Assembly (NCBI GenBank): GCA_050732575.1
Contig: JBOHRF010000001.1
Span: 25,595-89,594 of the forward strand
Length of the DNA: 64,000 nucleotides
Reading direction: 5' to 3'
From: Longimicrobiales bacterium
GTDB lineage: Bacteria > Gemmatimonadota > Gemmatimonadetes > Longimicrobiales > RSA9
The notes under the pieces were generated by a model. The model did no database searches, was not told the origin of the DNA, and worked only from the letters and a program-made list of their open reading frames with translations. Shown here piece by piece: positions 28,986 to 38,166 of the stretch (within the stretch, counting starts at the first letter, position 1; the number at the start of each line of letters is the position of its first letter). Both the position numbers and the translations under genes were made by a program.

Positions 28986-29444
28986 TTAAACGCGCTCCGC
29001 GTCTTTCAATGCTGACAGGAATTGTTCGGGTGTTTGCGCGGCGAGCAAAGTGCGCCGCACGTCATCATTGCGAATCAAACGCGCAATGCGACTGAGTGCC
29101 TTGATGTGCGGACCGGCGGCGGATTCGGGACCGACGAGAAGAAAGAGCAGTTGAACGGGTTGTCCATCCAGAGCATCGAAATCGACCGGCCGGTGCACGG
29201 TACCGGCCGCCATGCGCAACTCGGGAACGACCGATGACTTGCCGTGGGGAATCGCCACACCGTTGCCGATGCCAGTAGAGAGCACAGCCTCGCGCTCGCG
29301 CACAGCGCGCAAGAGCTCGGCTCGCTGCTGCTCATCGCCGCCATTGGCGATCACGCTCACCAATTCGCGCAGGACATCCTCCTTGGTCCTGCCCTGGAGC
29401 GGGATCTTGACGCGATCGATGGTCAACAGCTCGGTCAGCAACAA
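28986..29444 (-). CDS. ptsN: PTS IIA-type nitrogen regulatory protein (PtsN-like)
   Basis: LLTIDRVKIPLQGRTKEDVLRELV... followed by STGIGNGVAIPHGK (phospho-His motif). No internal ATG gives the expected size of about 150 aa. TTG 29444, preceded by GAGG plus 8 nt, gives 152 aa. The track ATG 29606 would overlap the divergent gene. Confidence 0.72.
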   Translation of the reverse strand: MLLTELLTIDRVKIPLQGRTKEDVLRELVSVIANGGDEQQRAELLRAVREREAVLSTGIGNGVAIPHGKSSVVPELRMAAGTVHRPVDFDALDGQPVQLLFLLVGPESAAGPHIKALSRIARLIRNDDVRRTLLAAQTPEQFLSALKDAERV

Positions 29445-29540
29445 AAGGGGAGCCTCACGGATCCTGTCAGGTGTTCGCAAATGGGGCAGCCCGGTTAAGT
29501 TAAGGGGGACGCAAGAGTGCGCCAACCACGTGGAGATTGC

Positions 29541-30422
29541 ATGCAGGTTGAACGTTTGTTGGCTTTCGCGGTGATGCTGAACACGGTGATTCCGGCGGTG
29601 GGACACGCGCAGAGGCTGGTGGACTGGCCGGTTCGGACCTCGGCACTTCCGGACGCGATCGTCACGGGTGCTGCGGCCACGTTCTGGAACCCGGCCGGCC
29701 TTACGACCGGGAATTATCGCGCGCAGGTGCTAGTCGTTAATCTGCGCACGCCAGAGTCGCTCGAGCTGCGCGGGCTGGCCGCGGCGGGCGCCCTCCAACT
29801 GGACCGCACGATCCTGGCGGCCGGCTTGGAGCATGTGGGTATCGATGACTTCACGCGCACGGATGATTCACCCAGCGGTCCTGGCGCGGAAGAGTTCGAT
29901 CTGGGTGAGAATCATTTCACGTTGGCCGCTGCCCATCGTGTGAGCCCCGCGTTCACCGTGGGAGCATCGGCCCGTTACACACGCGACAACCTGAATGAAA
30001 CGGATCCAGTAGTGGGCGTGGGCGCGGGTTTCAATGGCACATTCACCCTGCCCTGGCGAGTGCAGGTCGGTGCGTACGCGGGGAGTGAGGCCGATGAGCT
30101 CGCCTGGGCGGCGGGCGCTGAAGTCGAGCTGCCATCGTTTCTGGGCGACCCGTATCGAATCGGGTTGTCGTATGGCGCTCAGGCCGATGCGCGCGTAGTC
30201 GGACCGGTACACCGACTGGCCGCTCGGTTCGATTGGAAAGAACGAGGCTCGGTCTCCGCCGGGCTGGCCCGCGAACCCGACGTTCTGCAGGCGCATTGGA
30301 CGCCCGTCTTGGCGGCAAGCTTGCAATTGAATCGCTACACGCTGGGCGTGGTGAGGGAGAACCTGGTGAGTGATTTCGGCGCTACGTACACGTTCCGCTT
30401 GCAGATCGGTCTGGGTCCGTGA
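29541..30422 (+). CDS. putative outer-membrane beta-barrel protein with signal peptide
   Basis: GGAG plus 6 nt precedes ATG 29541. The signal peptide is MQVERLLAFAVMLNTVIPAVGHAQ. The body has an alternating beta-strand pattern, a FWNPAGL motif and a C-terminal YTFRLQIG. Confidence 0.55.
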   Translation: MQVERLLAFAVMLNTVIPAVGHAQRLVDWPVRTSALPDAIVTGAAATFWNPAGLTTGNYRAQVLVVNLRTPESLELRGLAAAGALQLDRTILAAGLEHVGIDDFTRTDDSPSGPGAEEFDLGENHFTLAAAHRVSPAFTVGASARYTRDNLNETDPVVGVGAGFNGTFTLPWRVQVGAYAGSEADELAWAAGAEVELPSFLGDPYRIGLSYGAQADARVVGPVHRLAARFDWKERGSVSAGLAREPDVLQAHWTPVLAASLQLNRYTLGVVRENLVSDFGATYTFRLQIGLGP

Positions 30423-31549
30423 AGCCCGAGGCGGCTGAAACAGCGCGGCCCGACCTGCTTGAAATGCCGCCCACCACAGTAGAGCAGCTGCTGGTTGAGC
30501 ATTTCGAAAGACGAGGTCAGGGTCGCTATCGTACAGGCCAGGCCCTGGTCTGGTTGTATCAGCGAGACGCGATCTCCTTCGCCGAAATGACTGATCTGCC
30601 CGCGCCCGAGCGCGCAGCACTCAACACCGCCTTCCAGTTATGCACGCCTGAGCTCACGCACACCGCCCAATCAATGGATGGGACGGTCAAGCACCTGTGG
30701 CGATTGCACGACGGCGAGCTCGTCGAGTCGGTGTTGATTCCGACCACCAGCCGCATGACGTTGTGCCTCTCCTCGCAGGCCGGCTGTGCCATGGCCTGCG
30801 TGTTTTGCGCAACCGGCTGGTCTGGCTACCGACGACAGCTCACGGCCGGCGAGATCGTAGCACAATTCCGGGGTGCGCGTCGCTGGGCGCGCGAGCATGG
30901 GCGGGGAGCCATGTCGAACCTCGTGTTCATGGGCATGGGCGAACCGCTAATGAATTGGCGGGCCGTGCTACGCGCCTTGATGCTGCTGAACCGGGCGTAC
31001 CGTTTTGGGTCCCGTCGCATCACGGTCTCTACCGTAGGCGTCGTTCCGGGCATTCTGGAAATGGCGCAACGCAAGGAGCAATTCCGGCTGGCCGTCTCGT
31101 TGCATGCGCCCAATCACGAGCTTCGGCAGAAGCTCGTGCCTCTTGAAAAGAAGTATCCGCTACCCGAACTGCTGGACGCGTTGGGGAAGTTTGATGCCGC
31201 GGGTGGACGGCGCATCACGTTTGAGTACGTGATGATCGACGGCATCAATGACGCGCCTGCACTGGCCCACGAGTTGGTTGAGCTGGTCAGGCCCTTTGGG
31301 GCTCACGTCAACCTGATTCCGTTCAATCCCATTCCCGGCTCGCCCTGGCGCCCCTCAACCAAAGACCGACTGCTGGCATTCCTGGACATACTGCACGAGC
31401 GGAGCGTGAAAGCCACTGTGCGCGGTCCACGAGGCCGAGACATTGCCGCCGCTTGTGGGCAGTTGCGTGCGGAACACGAGCTGCGACCGCCCGGGCCGTA
31501 CTTGAGCCTGGTTGGAATGAGTGAGGCAATCCGAAGGGAAAAACCGTAA
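30419..31549 (+). CDS. rlmN: 23S rRNA/tRNA (adenine-C2)-methyltransferase RlmN (radical SAM)
   Basis: CAMACVFCATG is a CxxxCxxC radical-SAM cluster. GMGEPLMN and ISTVG-like motifs are also present. GTG 30419 overlaps the upstream stop. Confidence 0.9.
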   Translation: MKPEAAETARPDLLEMPPTTVEQLLVEHFERRGQGRYRTGQALVWLYQRDAISFAEMTDLPAPERAALNTAFQLCTPELTHTAQSMDGTVKHLWRLHDGELVESVLIPTTSRMTLCLSSQAGCAMACVFCATGWSGYRRQLTAGEIVAQFRGARRWAREHGRGAMSNLVFMGMGEPLMNWRAVLRALMLLNRAYRFGSRRITVSTVGVVPGILEMAQRKEQFRLAVSLHAPNHELRQKLVPLEKKYPLPELLDALGKFDAAGGRRITFEYVMIDGINDAPALAHELVELVRPFGAHVNLIPFNPIPGSPWRPSTKDRLLAFLDILHERSVKATVRGPRGRDIAAACGQLRAEHELRPPGPYLSLVGMSEAIRREKP

Positions 31550-31592
31550 GGAAAAACGTAAGGAAAAACGTAAGAAGAATGGTAAGAGGAAG
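31533..31592. repeat. 12-nt purine-rich tandem repeat x5 (CGTAAGGAAAAA-like)
   Basis: The five units are gaagggaaaaac, cgtaaggaaaaa, cgtaaggaaaaa, cgtaagaagaat and ggtaagaggaag. The array spans the rlmN stop codon and most of the 48-nt gap to the convergent gene. Confidence 0.8.
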
Positions 31593-31597
31593 TGCCG

Positions 31598-32059
31598 TCA
31601 ACGACGGTTTTCTGGTGGGCGGGTGACCGTGCTGTCGAGAGCGGGCCAGTCTGCAGCCAGGATTACGGTCACCTCCACCAGACGCGTCGAGTCGATGCGT
31701 GTTTCCACTCTCCTGATGTTCAAGCGCGCGGCAATCGCTCTGGCAATGTCTGGTTTCCCCACGCGGTCCAGGACGATCGATCGGCTTTCCTGCGCTCGGG
31801 TAAGGGTTCCGAAGTAGACCACATCGTAGCCACCGGCCCGAAGCGACTCGGTTGCGCTGCGGGCCAGCCCTGGGATGCCAGCCGCGTTGAAGACCTCGAC
31901 CCTACGCCCGGAAAAGACGCCAGGTACAGCACGCACGGGATCCGCCACCTCTATGGGCGAGTTGGCCCGAGGCCGCAAACCGAGAGCAAACGAGACTAGA
32001 AACGCAACGGCAGCGGTACTGCTGGCGGACAGGATGAAGAGCTGGAACGGGCGCTTCAT
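31598..32059 (-). CDS. LytR_C (LytR cell-envelope-related C-terminal) domain protein
   Basis: An N-terminal TM/signal segment, then VEVFNAAGIPGLARSATESLRAGGYDVVYFG... and DSTRLVEVTVILAADW, which is typical of the LytR_C domain. Confidence 0.6.
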   Translation of the reverse strand: MKRPFQLFILSASSTAAVAFLVSFALGLRPRANSPIEVADPVRAVPGVFSGRRVEVFNAAGIPGLARSATESLRAGGYDVVYFGTLTRAQESRSIVLDRVGKPDIARAIAARLNIRRVETRIDSTRLVEVTVILAADWPALDSTVTRPPENRR

Positions 32060-32628
32060 GTGCGCCTCACCAGCGTATTCCAGAACTCCATGGTTTCTGG
32101 GCGCAGCGGCTGGTTGTGGCGCAACATGTGGGTCATGCGAGCACGCACGACTTCCTGCAACACGTCATCCATGGCGAGGGGCATGCGTGCGCGCAGCACG
32201 GCTCTCCAGATGGGGGAAAAACTGCGTCCTGGCTCCAGAAAATCGGCCAGGTAAAGGGCACGTCCCAGCGGCTCCAGACGGGGGTGGCCTACCGTGTGGT
32301 AGGTCACGGCATCCAGCACGGCTTGCGGCGCATCGGGCTGCTCCTGGGCAATGCGGCGGGCCACGGCAGGTCCGTGCAACAGCGCGCCGGGCCAGGAATG
32401 GAACCGCAGGTCCACCTGATCGAGCAACTTGTGTGGATCGGAATCACGCAGGGCATCGTGCAACCACGCGGCGGCGCGCCAAGAGTCTGCCTGCTGCGGC
32501 GCCAGCTGTTGGGCCCACTCATCGAGTATCGTGGCAACGCGAGCAATGTGCGCGTGCCGCTGCGGCGAAACGCAGGCCCAAGCGGGCAATTCACCCGCGG
32601 CGGCCAGGTCGAAACTGGTTCGACTCAT
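32056..32628 (-). CDS. HD-domain phosphohydrolase (YqeK-like size and layout)
   Basis: 190 aa from ATG 32628 (ATGA overlap with the panC stop). RHAHIARV ... AAWLHDALRD is an H...HD motif. Confidence 0.55.
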   Translation of the reverse strand: MSRTSFDLAAAGELPAWACVSPQRHAHIARVATILDEWAQQLAPQQADSWRAAAWLHDALRDSDPHKLLDQVDLRFHSWPGALLHGPAVARRIAQEQPDAPQAVLDAVTYHTVGHPRLEPLGRALYLADFLEPGRSFSPIWRAVLRARMPLAMDDVLQEVVRARMTHMLRHNQPLRPETMEFWNTLVRRT

Positions 32629-33470
32629 TTCAGGATGATGTTGTCGATGAGACGAGTCGTGCCCAGGAACGCTGCGCCTGCCAGGACGTCTCCTGCACGG
32701 GCCCGTTCGACCGGTTCCAGCCGCTCCGGACCTACCAACTCGAGGTATTGAGTCTGCACCAGTGGCTCGGCCAGCAACGTTTCCTGCGCGGCGGCGCAAA
32801 TCTGCGCGGCCGAATCCTGGCCTCGCGCAAATGTGGCCTGTCCAGCGGTCAGCGCTCGAAACAGCGTGGCTGCCGCCGCGCGCTGTTCGGGGGTGAGATA
32901 GATGTTGCGCGAGCTCAGGGCCAGGCCATCAGACTCACGCACAATGGGCGCGATCACGATGTGGATGGGAAAATCGAGATCGGCTACCATGCGCCGAATG
33001 AGCACTGATTGCTGAAAATCCTTTTGTCCAAACACGGACACGTCAGGCTGCGTTGCATTGAATAGTTTGGCCACGATAGTCAGCACACCCTCGAAATGAC
33101 CGGGGCGGAACCGACCACACAACCGGTCCGTGAGGTCAGGCGCAATGAGTGTCACAGCGGGGCGTTCGCGCGGCAACAATTCCGCGCTGGCGGGGGCAAA
33201 CACCGCGTCCACGCCGCGGCCGCGGGCCAGCTCGAGATCCCGCTCCAGATCGCGCGGGTAGGTCGCCAAATCCTCGCGCGGCCCGAACTGCAGCGGATTC
33301 ACGAAGATCGACATGATCGCGATGTCGGCGTGCCTGCGTGCGTGATCGACCAACGACAGATGACCCTCATGCAGGAAGCCCATGGTGGGGACGAGCGCGC
33401 AGCGTTTGCCTTGCGTGCGCCACGCGCGCACCTGATGCCGCAACTCGGCGGTCGCGTTCAGGACTCGCAT
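32625..33470 (-). CDS. panC: pantoate--beta-alanine ligase
   Basis: VPTMGFLHEGHLSLV (HxGH) and 281 aa. Confidence 0.93.
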   Translation of the reverse strand: MRVLNATAELRHQVRAWRTQGKRCALVPTMGFLHEGHLSLVDHARRHADIAIMSIFVNPLQFGPREDLATYPRDLERDLELARGRGVDAVFAPASAELLPRERPAVTLIAPDLTDRLCGRFRPGHFEGVLTIVAKLFNATQPDVSVFGQKDFQQSVLIRRMVADLDFPIHIVIAPIVRESDGLALSSRNIYLTPEQRAAAATLFRALTAGQATFARGQDSAAQICAAAQETLLAEPLVQTQYLELVGPERLEPVERARAGDVLAGAAFLGTTRLIDNIILK

Positions 33471-33479
33471 GAAATCGAA

Positions 33480-34301
33480 TCAGAAGGAGTGATTTGTGCC
33501 CGGGTACTGGCCGTCACGCACTGCGCGCACGTAATCGGCCAGGCCCTGGCGGGCCGGACCGGCGAGCGTGGCAAAATGGTGCAAGAATTTTGGGCGGAAC
33601 TCATCATTGAGACCCAGCATGTCGTACAATACGAGCACCTGTCCGTCCACCATGGGGCCCGCGCCAATGCCGATGGTGGGTATGGAAAGCGAGCGCGTGA
33701 TGTCACCGGCCAACACAGCGGGAACCAGCTCCAGTACCAGGGAAAAACAACCTGCCTCTTCGAGTCGCTGCGCCTCTTGTCGAATCCGCTGCGCATTCTG
33801 CTCGTCGCGGCCCTGGACGCGATAGCCGCCCAGCGCGTGCACGGACTGCGGTGTCAGCCCGACATGGCCCATGACCGGAATGCCGGCGCGCACCAGGGCC
33901 CGCACATGCTCGGCGGATTGTTCGTCACCGCCTTCCATTTTAACGGCCTGGGCCCCGGTTTCCTTGAGTACACGGCCGGCGTTGCGTACGGTCTCGGGCG
34001 CGGAGATCTGAAAGGTGAGGAACGGCAGATCGACCACGAGCAAGGCCCGGTGCACAGCACGGCGTACGGCGGCCGCATGATGAATCATTTCCTCGAGCGT
34101 AACCGGCAGCGTTGAGGCGTAACCCAGAACCACCTGGCCCAGCGAATCACCGACCAGGACCACGTCGACGCCAGCTTCATCGACCAGTTTAGCAAAGAGA
34201 TAATCGTGGGCGGTCAGCACTGCGATTTTTTCACCGCGCCGTTTCATCTCGATCAGGTCGCGCGTGCTGACGTGTCGCTGAGGATCGCTTTGCGCGCTCA
34301 C
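33480..34301 (-). CDS. panB: 3-methyl-2-oxobutanoate hydroxymethyltransferase
   Basis: Contains LTAHDYLFAKLVDEAGVDVVLVGDSLG, VKMEGG and IGAGP. 273 aa. Confidence 0.93.
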   Translation of the reverse strand: MSAQSDPQRHVSTRDLIEMKRRGEKIAVLTAHDYLFAKLVDEAGVDVVLVGDSLGQVVLGYASTLPVTLEEMIHHAAAVRRAVHRALLVVDLPFLTFQISAPETVRNAGRVLKETGAQAVKMEGGDEQSAEHVRALVRAGIPVMGHVGLTPQSVHALGGYRVQGRDEQNAQRIRQEAQRLEEAGCFSLVLELVPAVLAGDITRSLSIPTIGIGAGPMVDGQVLVLYDMLGLNDEFRPKFLHHFATLAGPARQGLADYVRAVRDGQYPGTNHSF

Positions 34302-34350
34302 GTAGATACTCTCGTTGCCGGGTGCCGCAACCTAGTCGCATCTTGCAGGT

Positions 34351-35943
34351 GTGTCAAACACAATACGTTACGACTCTTTGCTGATTCGCCAACTGGCGCG
34401 CGAGCTGCACGCAGCATGGTCCGGGCAACGCGTGCTGGCTGTGCGTTTCGACCGGGAGCACCGCACCGCCCATATGGTGCTGGAAAACGGGACGTGGCAA
34501 TGGAGCCTGTTTCAGGGTCCCAGTGTTTCAACCTCTCCAGATCAGGGGCGCACGCTCACAGGATTGCGCCATGCGCGCGTCGCGCACGTTGGTGCATTGC
34601 CTGATGAACGTGTGTTGCGCATCGAACTGGTGGGCGGCGCACGCAACAATGCGGTTGCAACGTTGCTCATCGAGCTGCTGCCGCCACAACCGAACATTAT
34701 CGCACTGGATGCGGAAGAGCGCGTACTCAAGATGCTTACGCCCAGTGCAGGTCGGCCACAGACGCGCGGTCAGAAGTACCAGGCGCCCGCACCACTCAAG
34801 CGGCTGGGCCTGCACGCACCCATCGAATGGCCGGCATGGCTGGATTTGTTGGGTCACCTGCCGCCCCCGGATCGGGCCCAGGTCCTGGTTGCGCGAGTGG
34901 CCTACACCAGCCCGATCAATGCCCTGCCCATTCTCGGTGCAGCGGGAGATGATGAAGATCCCTCGCACTTGCGCAGCGCCTACGATCGCTACTGCGAGGT
35001 GCGTTCGGCCCAGGGCGAAGCCTTCTTGCTGGATCAGCGAAAGCAGCCGTACAGCCATGCACTCTGGCAAAGCGCGCAGCCCTTCGATTCGCTGCTGGCA
35101 GCCTTTGCGCACGCAAACGCCGCCCCCCAAAGCCATGCCAGCGAGCGACTGGAGCGGGCCATCGCGCATGCACAACGCAAACGATCACGGCTGGAAGCGG
35201 AACTGGAACAGGCCGCGCAGGACGCTAACCGGCTTCGTCAGGACGCGGAATTGTTGCTGGCTCATGTGCACGCGGTGCCGCGTGGCATGCAACAGGTGGA
35301 GCTGCTCGATTTCCAGGGACAGCCGCGCCGTCTGCAGCTGGACCCCGCGCTGAACGCCGCGGCCAACGCGCAAGCGTGGTATGCCGAGGCACGCAAACGG
35401 GATCGGGCCGCGCAGCGTCTGCCCTCACTGATCAAGGCGACCGATCGGCGCTTGATCGAGTTGCGTCAGGCACTGGAAGCTGGTGGTGATGTCGACCAGC
35501 CGCCGGCGCAGGTGCCTCGCCGAAGTCAACGCTCGTCAGCTCCGAGTTTGCCTTACCGCCGATTCCGCACCAGCGGTGGCCTCGAGGTGCGCGTGGGCCG
35601 CAACGGGCGCGCCAATGATGACCTCACCTTTCATCATTCCGCACCCAACGATATCTGGATGCATGCGCGCGACGTGGGCGGGGCGCATGTGGTATTGCGC
35701 TGGAACGACGCGGACGCAAACCCACCACGCCGCGATCTGGAACAGGCCGCCGGATTGGCTGCGCTGCACAGCAAGGCCCGCCATTCGGGCGTTGTGCCCG
35801 TGGACTGGACACGTCGCAAACATGTGCGCAAGCCGCGCCAGGCCGCCGCCGGCACGGTGCGGATAGAGAGGGTGAAAACGATCTTCGTGAAGCCTGAAGC
35901 CAGCCAGCTGGAATCGCTGCAGTGGGCAGACGATCGGGACTAG
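34351..35943 (+). CDS. NFACT-family protein with C-terminal DUF814 (RqcH/FbpA-like)
   Basis: 530 aa with a central coiled-coil region. The C-terminal DIWMHARDVGGAHVVLRW is the DUF814/NFACT-R motif. Confidence 0.72.
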   Translation: MSNTIRYDSLLIRQLARELHAAWSGQRVLAVRFDREHRTAHMVLENGTWQWSLFQGPSVSTSPDQGRTLTGLRHARVAHVGALPDERVLRIELVGGARNNAVATLLIELLPPQPNIIALDAEERVLKMLTPSAGRPQTRGQKYQAPAPLKRLGLHAPIEWPAWLDLLGHLPPPDRAQVLVARVAYTSPINALPILGAAGDDEDPSHLRSAYDRYCEVRSAQGEAFLLDQRKQPYSHALWQSAQPFDSLLAAFAHANAAPQSHASERLERAIAHAQRKRSRLEAELEQAAQDANRLRQDAELLLAHVHAVPRGMQQVELLDFQGQPRRLQLDPALNAAANAQAWYAEARKRDRAAQRLPSLIKATDRRLIELRQALEAGGDVDQPPAQVPRRSQRSSAPSLPYRRFRTSGGLEVRVGRNGRANDDLTFHHSAPNDIWMHARDVGGAHVVLRWNDADANPPRRDLEQAAGLAALHSKARHSGVVPVDWTRRKHVRKPRQAAAGTVRIERVKTIFVKPEASQLESLQWADDRD

Positions 35944-36752
35944 TGTGCGTTGAGGGCAAGGCGTAGCTCATGCAGCCACGCACGCGCGGCCGGAATGCCG
36001 GATTGTTCGATCCGGTCTATCAGCGCGCTGCCCACGACCACGCCATCTGCAATGCGGCCCACGGCGCTCGCCTGGTCGGCCGTTGATATGCCGAAACCAA
36101 CGGCGATGGGCACACTGCCCAGGGCACGCAACTCGTTCACCTCGGCCTGAAGTGTTGTGCGCAAGTCGGCGCGAGCCCCAGTGACACCGAGGCGCGCCAC
36201 GTAGTACAGGAAGCCCTGCGTGCGTTGCAAGATTTCGCGCCCGCGTTCGGCTGCCGTAGTGGGAGCAAGCAGGCGCACCAGAGAGAGCGCAGACTCCTCC
36301 AGAGTCTGCTCCAAACGTGGCTCGGCATCGAGCGGCAAATCCACAACCAGCACACCGAGCGCACCGGCCTGCACGGCCGCGCGCACGAAGTTCTCGATGC
36401 CATAACTGAGCAGCGGATTGAGGTACGAGAAGATCACCACAGGCACATCATGCGTGCGCCGGAACTCAGCCAGAATGGAAAGAACCCATCCCAGGGTGAC
36501 GCCCTGGTCAAGCGCGATTTGCGAGGAGCGCTGGATGGTGGGGCCGTCCGCCACCGGATCGCTGAAGGGGACACCGAGCTCAATGATGTCGGCGCCGCCG
36601 TCGACCAGCGCGCTCAGCAGCGCCAGCGTTTCCTGTTTGGTTGGATAGCCAGCAGTGACGTACGGGATGAGCGCCGTATGACCCCGCGCTCGCCAGGCGG
36701 CGAAGCTCGCGGCCAGCGGATCAGACGAAATAGTCAGCGACGCTGATGGCAT
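35940..36752 (-). CDS. trpA: tryptophan synthase alpha chain
   Basis: ALIPYVTAGYP and ELGVPFSDPVADGPTIQ. Start chosen at ATG 36752 (MPSASL...), which overlaps the upstream gene by 32 nt. Confidence 0.9.
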   Translation of the reverse strand: MPSASLTISSDPLAASFAAWRARGHTALIPYVTAGYPTKQETLALLSALVDGGADIIELGVPFSDPVADGPTIQRSSQIALDQGVTLGWVLSILAEFRRTHDVPVVIFSYLNPLLSYGIENFVRAAVQAGALGVLVVDLPLDAEPRLEQTLEESALSLVRLLAPTTAAERGREILQRTQGFLYYVARLGVTGARADLRTTLQAEVNELRALGSVPIAVGFGISTADQASAVGRIADGVVVGSALIDRIEQSGIPAARAWLHELRLALNAH

Positions 36753-38166
36753 AACGGTCCGGGTCCGTGGTCTTGAGAATGGTGCGTAGGGGCCGACCCG
36801 TCGCGGCATCGAGCTCCGCGAGGTCCACGGTGGCCGGCTCGGCGTTCATGACACCCAGATCATTGGCAATCAGCTTGACGATCGGTTGGTGCACACGAGA
36901 CGGGTCGGGATTGCGGCCAATCACCACCGCCAGCTCGTGTGTGTCCAGGATGCAGAGCGTACCGACCGGAAAAACTCCCGTGACATTGATGAATGCCTTG
37001 ACCAGAAGCGGATCGTAGCCGCGTTGCGGGTTCTCCCGCATTTCGCGCAGCACTTCGTCCGGTGGCCAGGGCTGGTTCTGGTAGCTACGCTTGGAGGTGG
37101 CCGCGTCAAATCCATCCGCCGTGGCAACAATACGGCTGAATAGCGTGGGTGCGCGTGGACGCTTGTTCTTGGGATATCCAGTCAGATCGCGTTTCATGTG
37201 ATGCTCGTACGCCAGCAACATGGCGCGATACGGCACTTCACTCAGGCCGCGCATGGAAAACAGTGAGAGCAGACCCTCGGTGGGATGCTGCTGCATCTGG
37301 TGCCACTCGTCTTCGGTCAAGCCGCTGGTCTTGTTGATGATGGTCTGATCGATGCGTTGCTTGCCGATGTCGTGAAACAAGGCGCCCAATCCGAGCTCGT
37401 ACAACTGCACCTTGGTCAAACCAAGCTTTTGGCCGATCACCACACTAAAAATGCAAACATTGACCGAATGCGTGAACGTATACTGGTCGTAGTCGCGCAG
37501 TGTGGTCATGCCCACAATCGACGTCTCGTTGTTGAGTACCTGGTCGACAATGGACTGCACGGCTCGTTTCACCCGGCGCAAATTGACGGCGCGTCCCAAG
37601 CGCATGTCGGTCAGTACTTCCTTGGCTACCTGCACGGACTGAAAATAGGTGAGCTTGGCCGCCTGCTTGGAATGGCCATCCTCCTCGTGCAGCGGCTGCT
37701 CGACACCCTTGCTCGGTTCGATGCGCAGATTGCGTGCATTGGTCTGAAACAAGCGGTCGCGCAAGCGGATGAAGGGGTCGTCAGGGCCGGCATCCTGCAA
37801 CAACATGGATACGAGCGGTACGAGATCCTCCCGGCGCAAGCCCGGCTCGAACTCGATTTCGCCCACATTGTGCTTGTGCAGCAGACCGGCCACGTAGGAG
37901 AATCCCAGGTAGTCAGTCAGGTCGAGACGCAGTCGGGCATCGTTCAGGAAAAGGAAGTCACCTACGCACTTGAGATCGACTCGCTCTTCACGGTCGAGAA
38001 TGCGCTTGCACGCGCGGTACAACTCGTCAAGCGCTTTCTGCACGGTGGCATTTTCGATGGGATACAACTTGAGCGACTGAGCCGTGGCATAGAACGCCGT
38101 GATGAGCGCGCGTCCCAGCGGCTGCAGAATGGTTTCACTTTGAACGAGCGCGGCACGGTCGGTCAT
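36721..38166 (-). CDS. HD-GYP domain c-di-GMP phosphodiesterase-type protein
   Basis: 481 aa. The C-terminal half carries HDIGK and HHMKRDLTGYP (the HD ... HHxxxDxxGYP pattern). I do not recognise the N-terminal half. Confidence 0.82.
   Translation of the reverse strand: MTDRAALVQSETILQPLGRALITAFYATAQSLKLYPIENATVQKALDELYRACKRILDREERVDLKCVGDFLFLNDARLRLDLTDYLGFSYVAGLLHKHNVGEIEFEPGLRREDLVPLVSMLLQDAGPDDPFIRLRDRLFQTNARNLRIEPSKGVEQPLHEEDGHSKQAAKLTYFQSVQVAKEVLTDMRLGRAVNLRRVKRAVQSIVDQVLNNETSIVGMTTLRDYDQYTFTHSVNVCIFSVVIGQKLGLTKVQLYELGLGALFHDIGKQRIDQTIINKTSGLTEDEWHQMQQHPTEGLLSLFSMRGLSEVPYRAMLLAYEHHMKRDLTGYPKNKRPRAPTLFSRIVATADGFDAATSKRSYQNQPWPPDEVLREMRENPQRGYDPLLVKAFINVTGVFPVGTLCILDTHELAVVIGRNPDPSRVHQPIVKLIANDLGVMNAEPATVDLAELDAATGRPLRTILKTTDPDRYAISVADYFV

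Noticed and set aside
28686-29015. 109-aa ORF and shorter peptides (17-41 aa) inside the candidate sRNA region.
   Set aside because: The 109-aa ORF reads straight through a strong terminator hairpin and into the convergent gene. The short ORFs lack an SD and have implausible composition.
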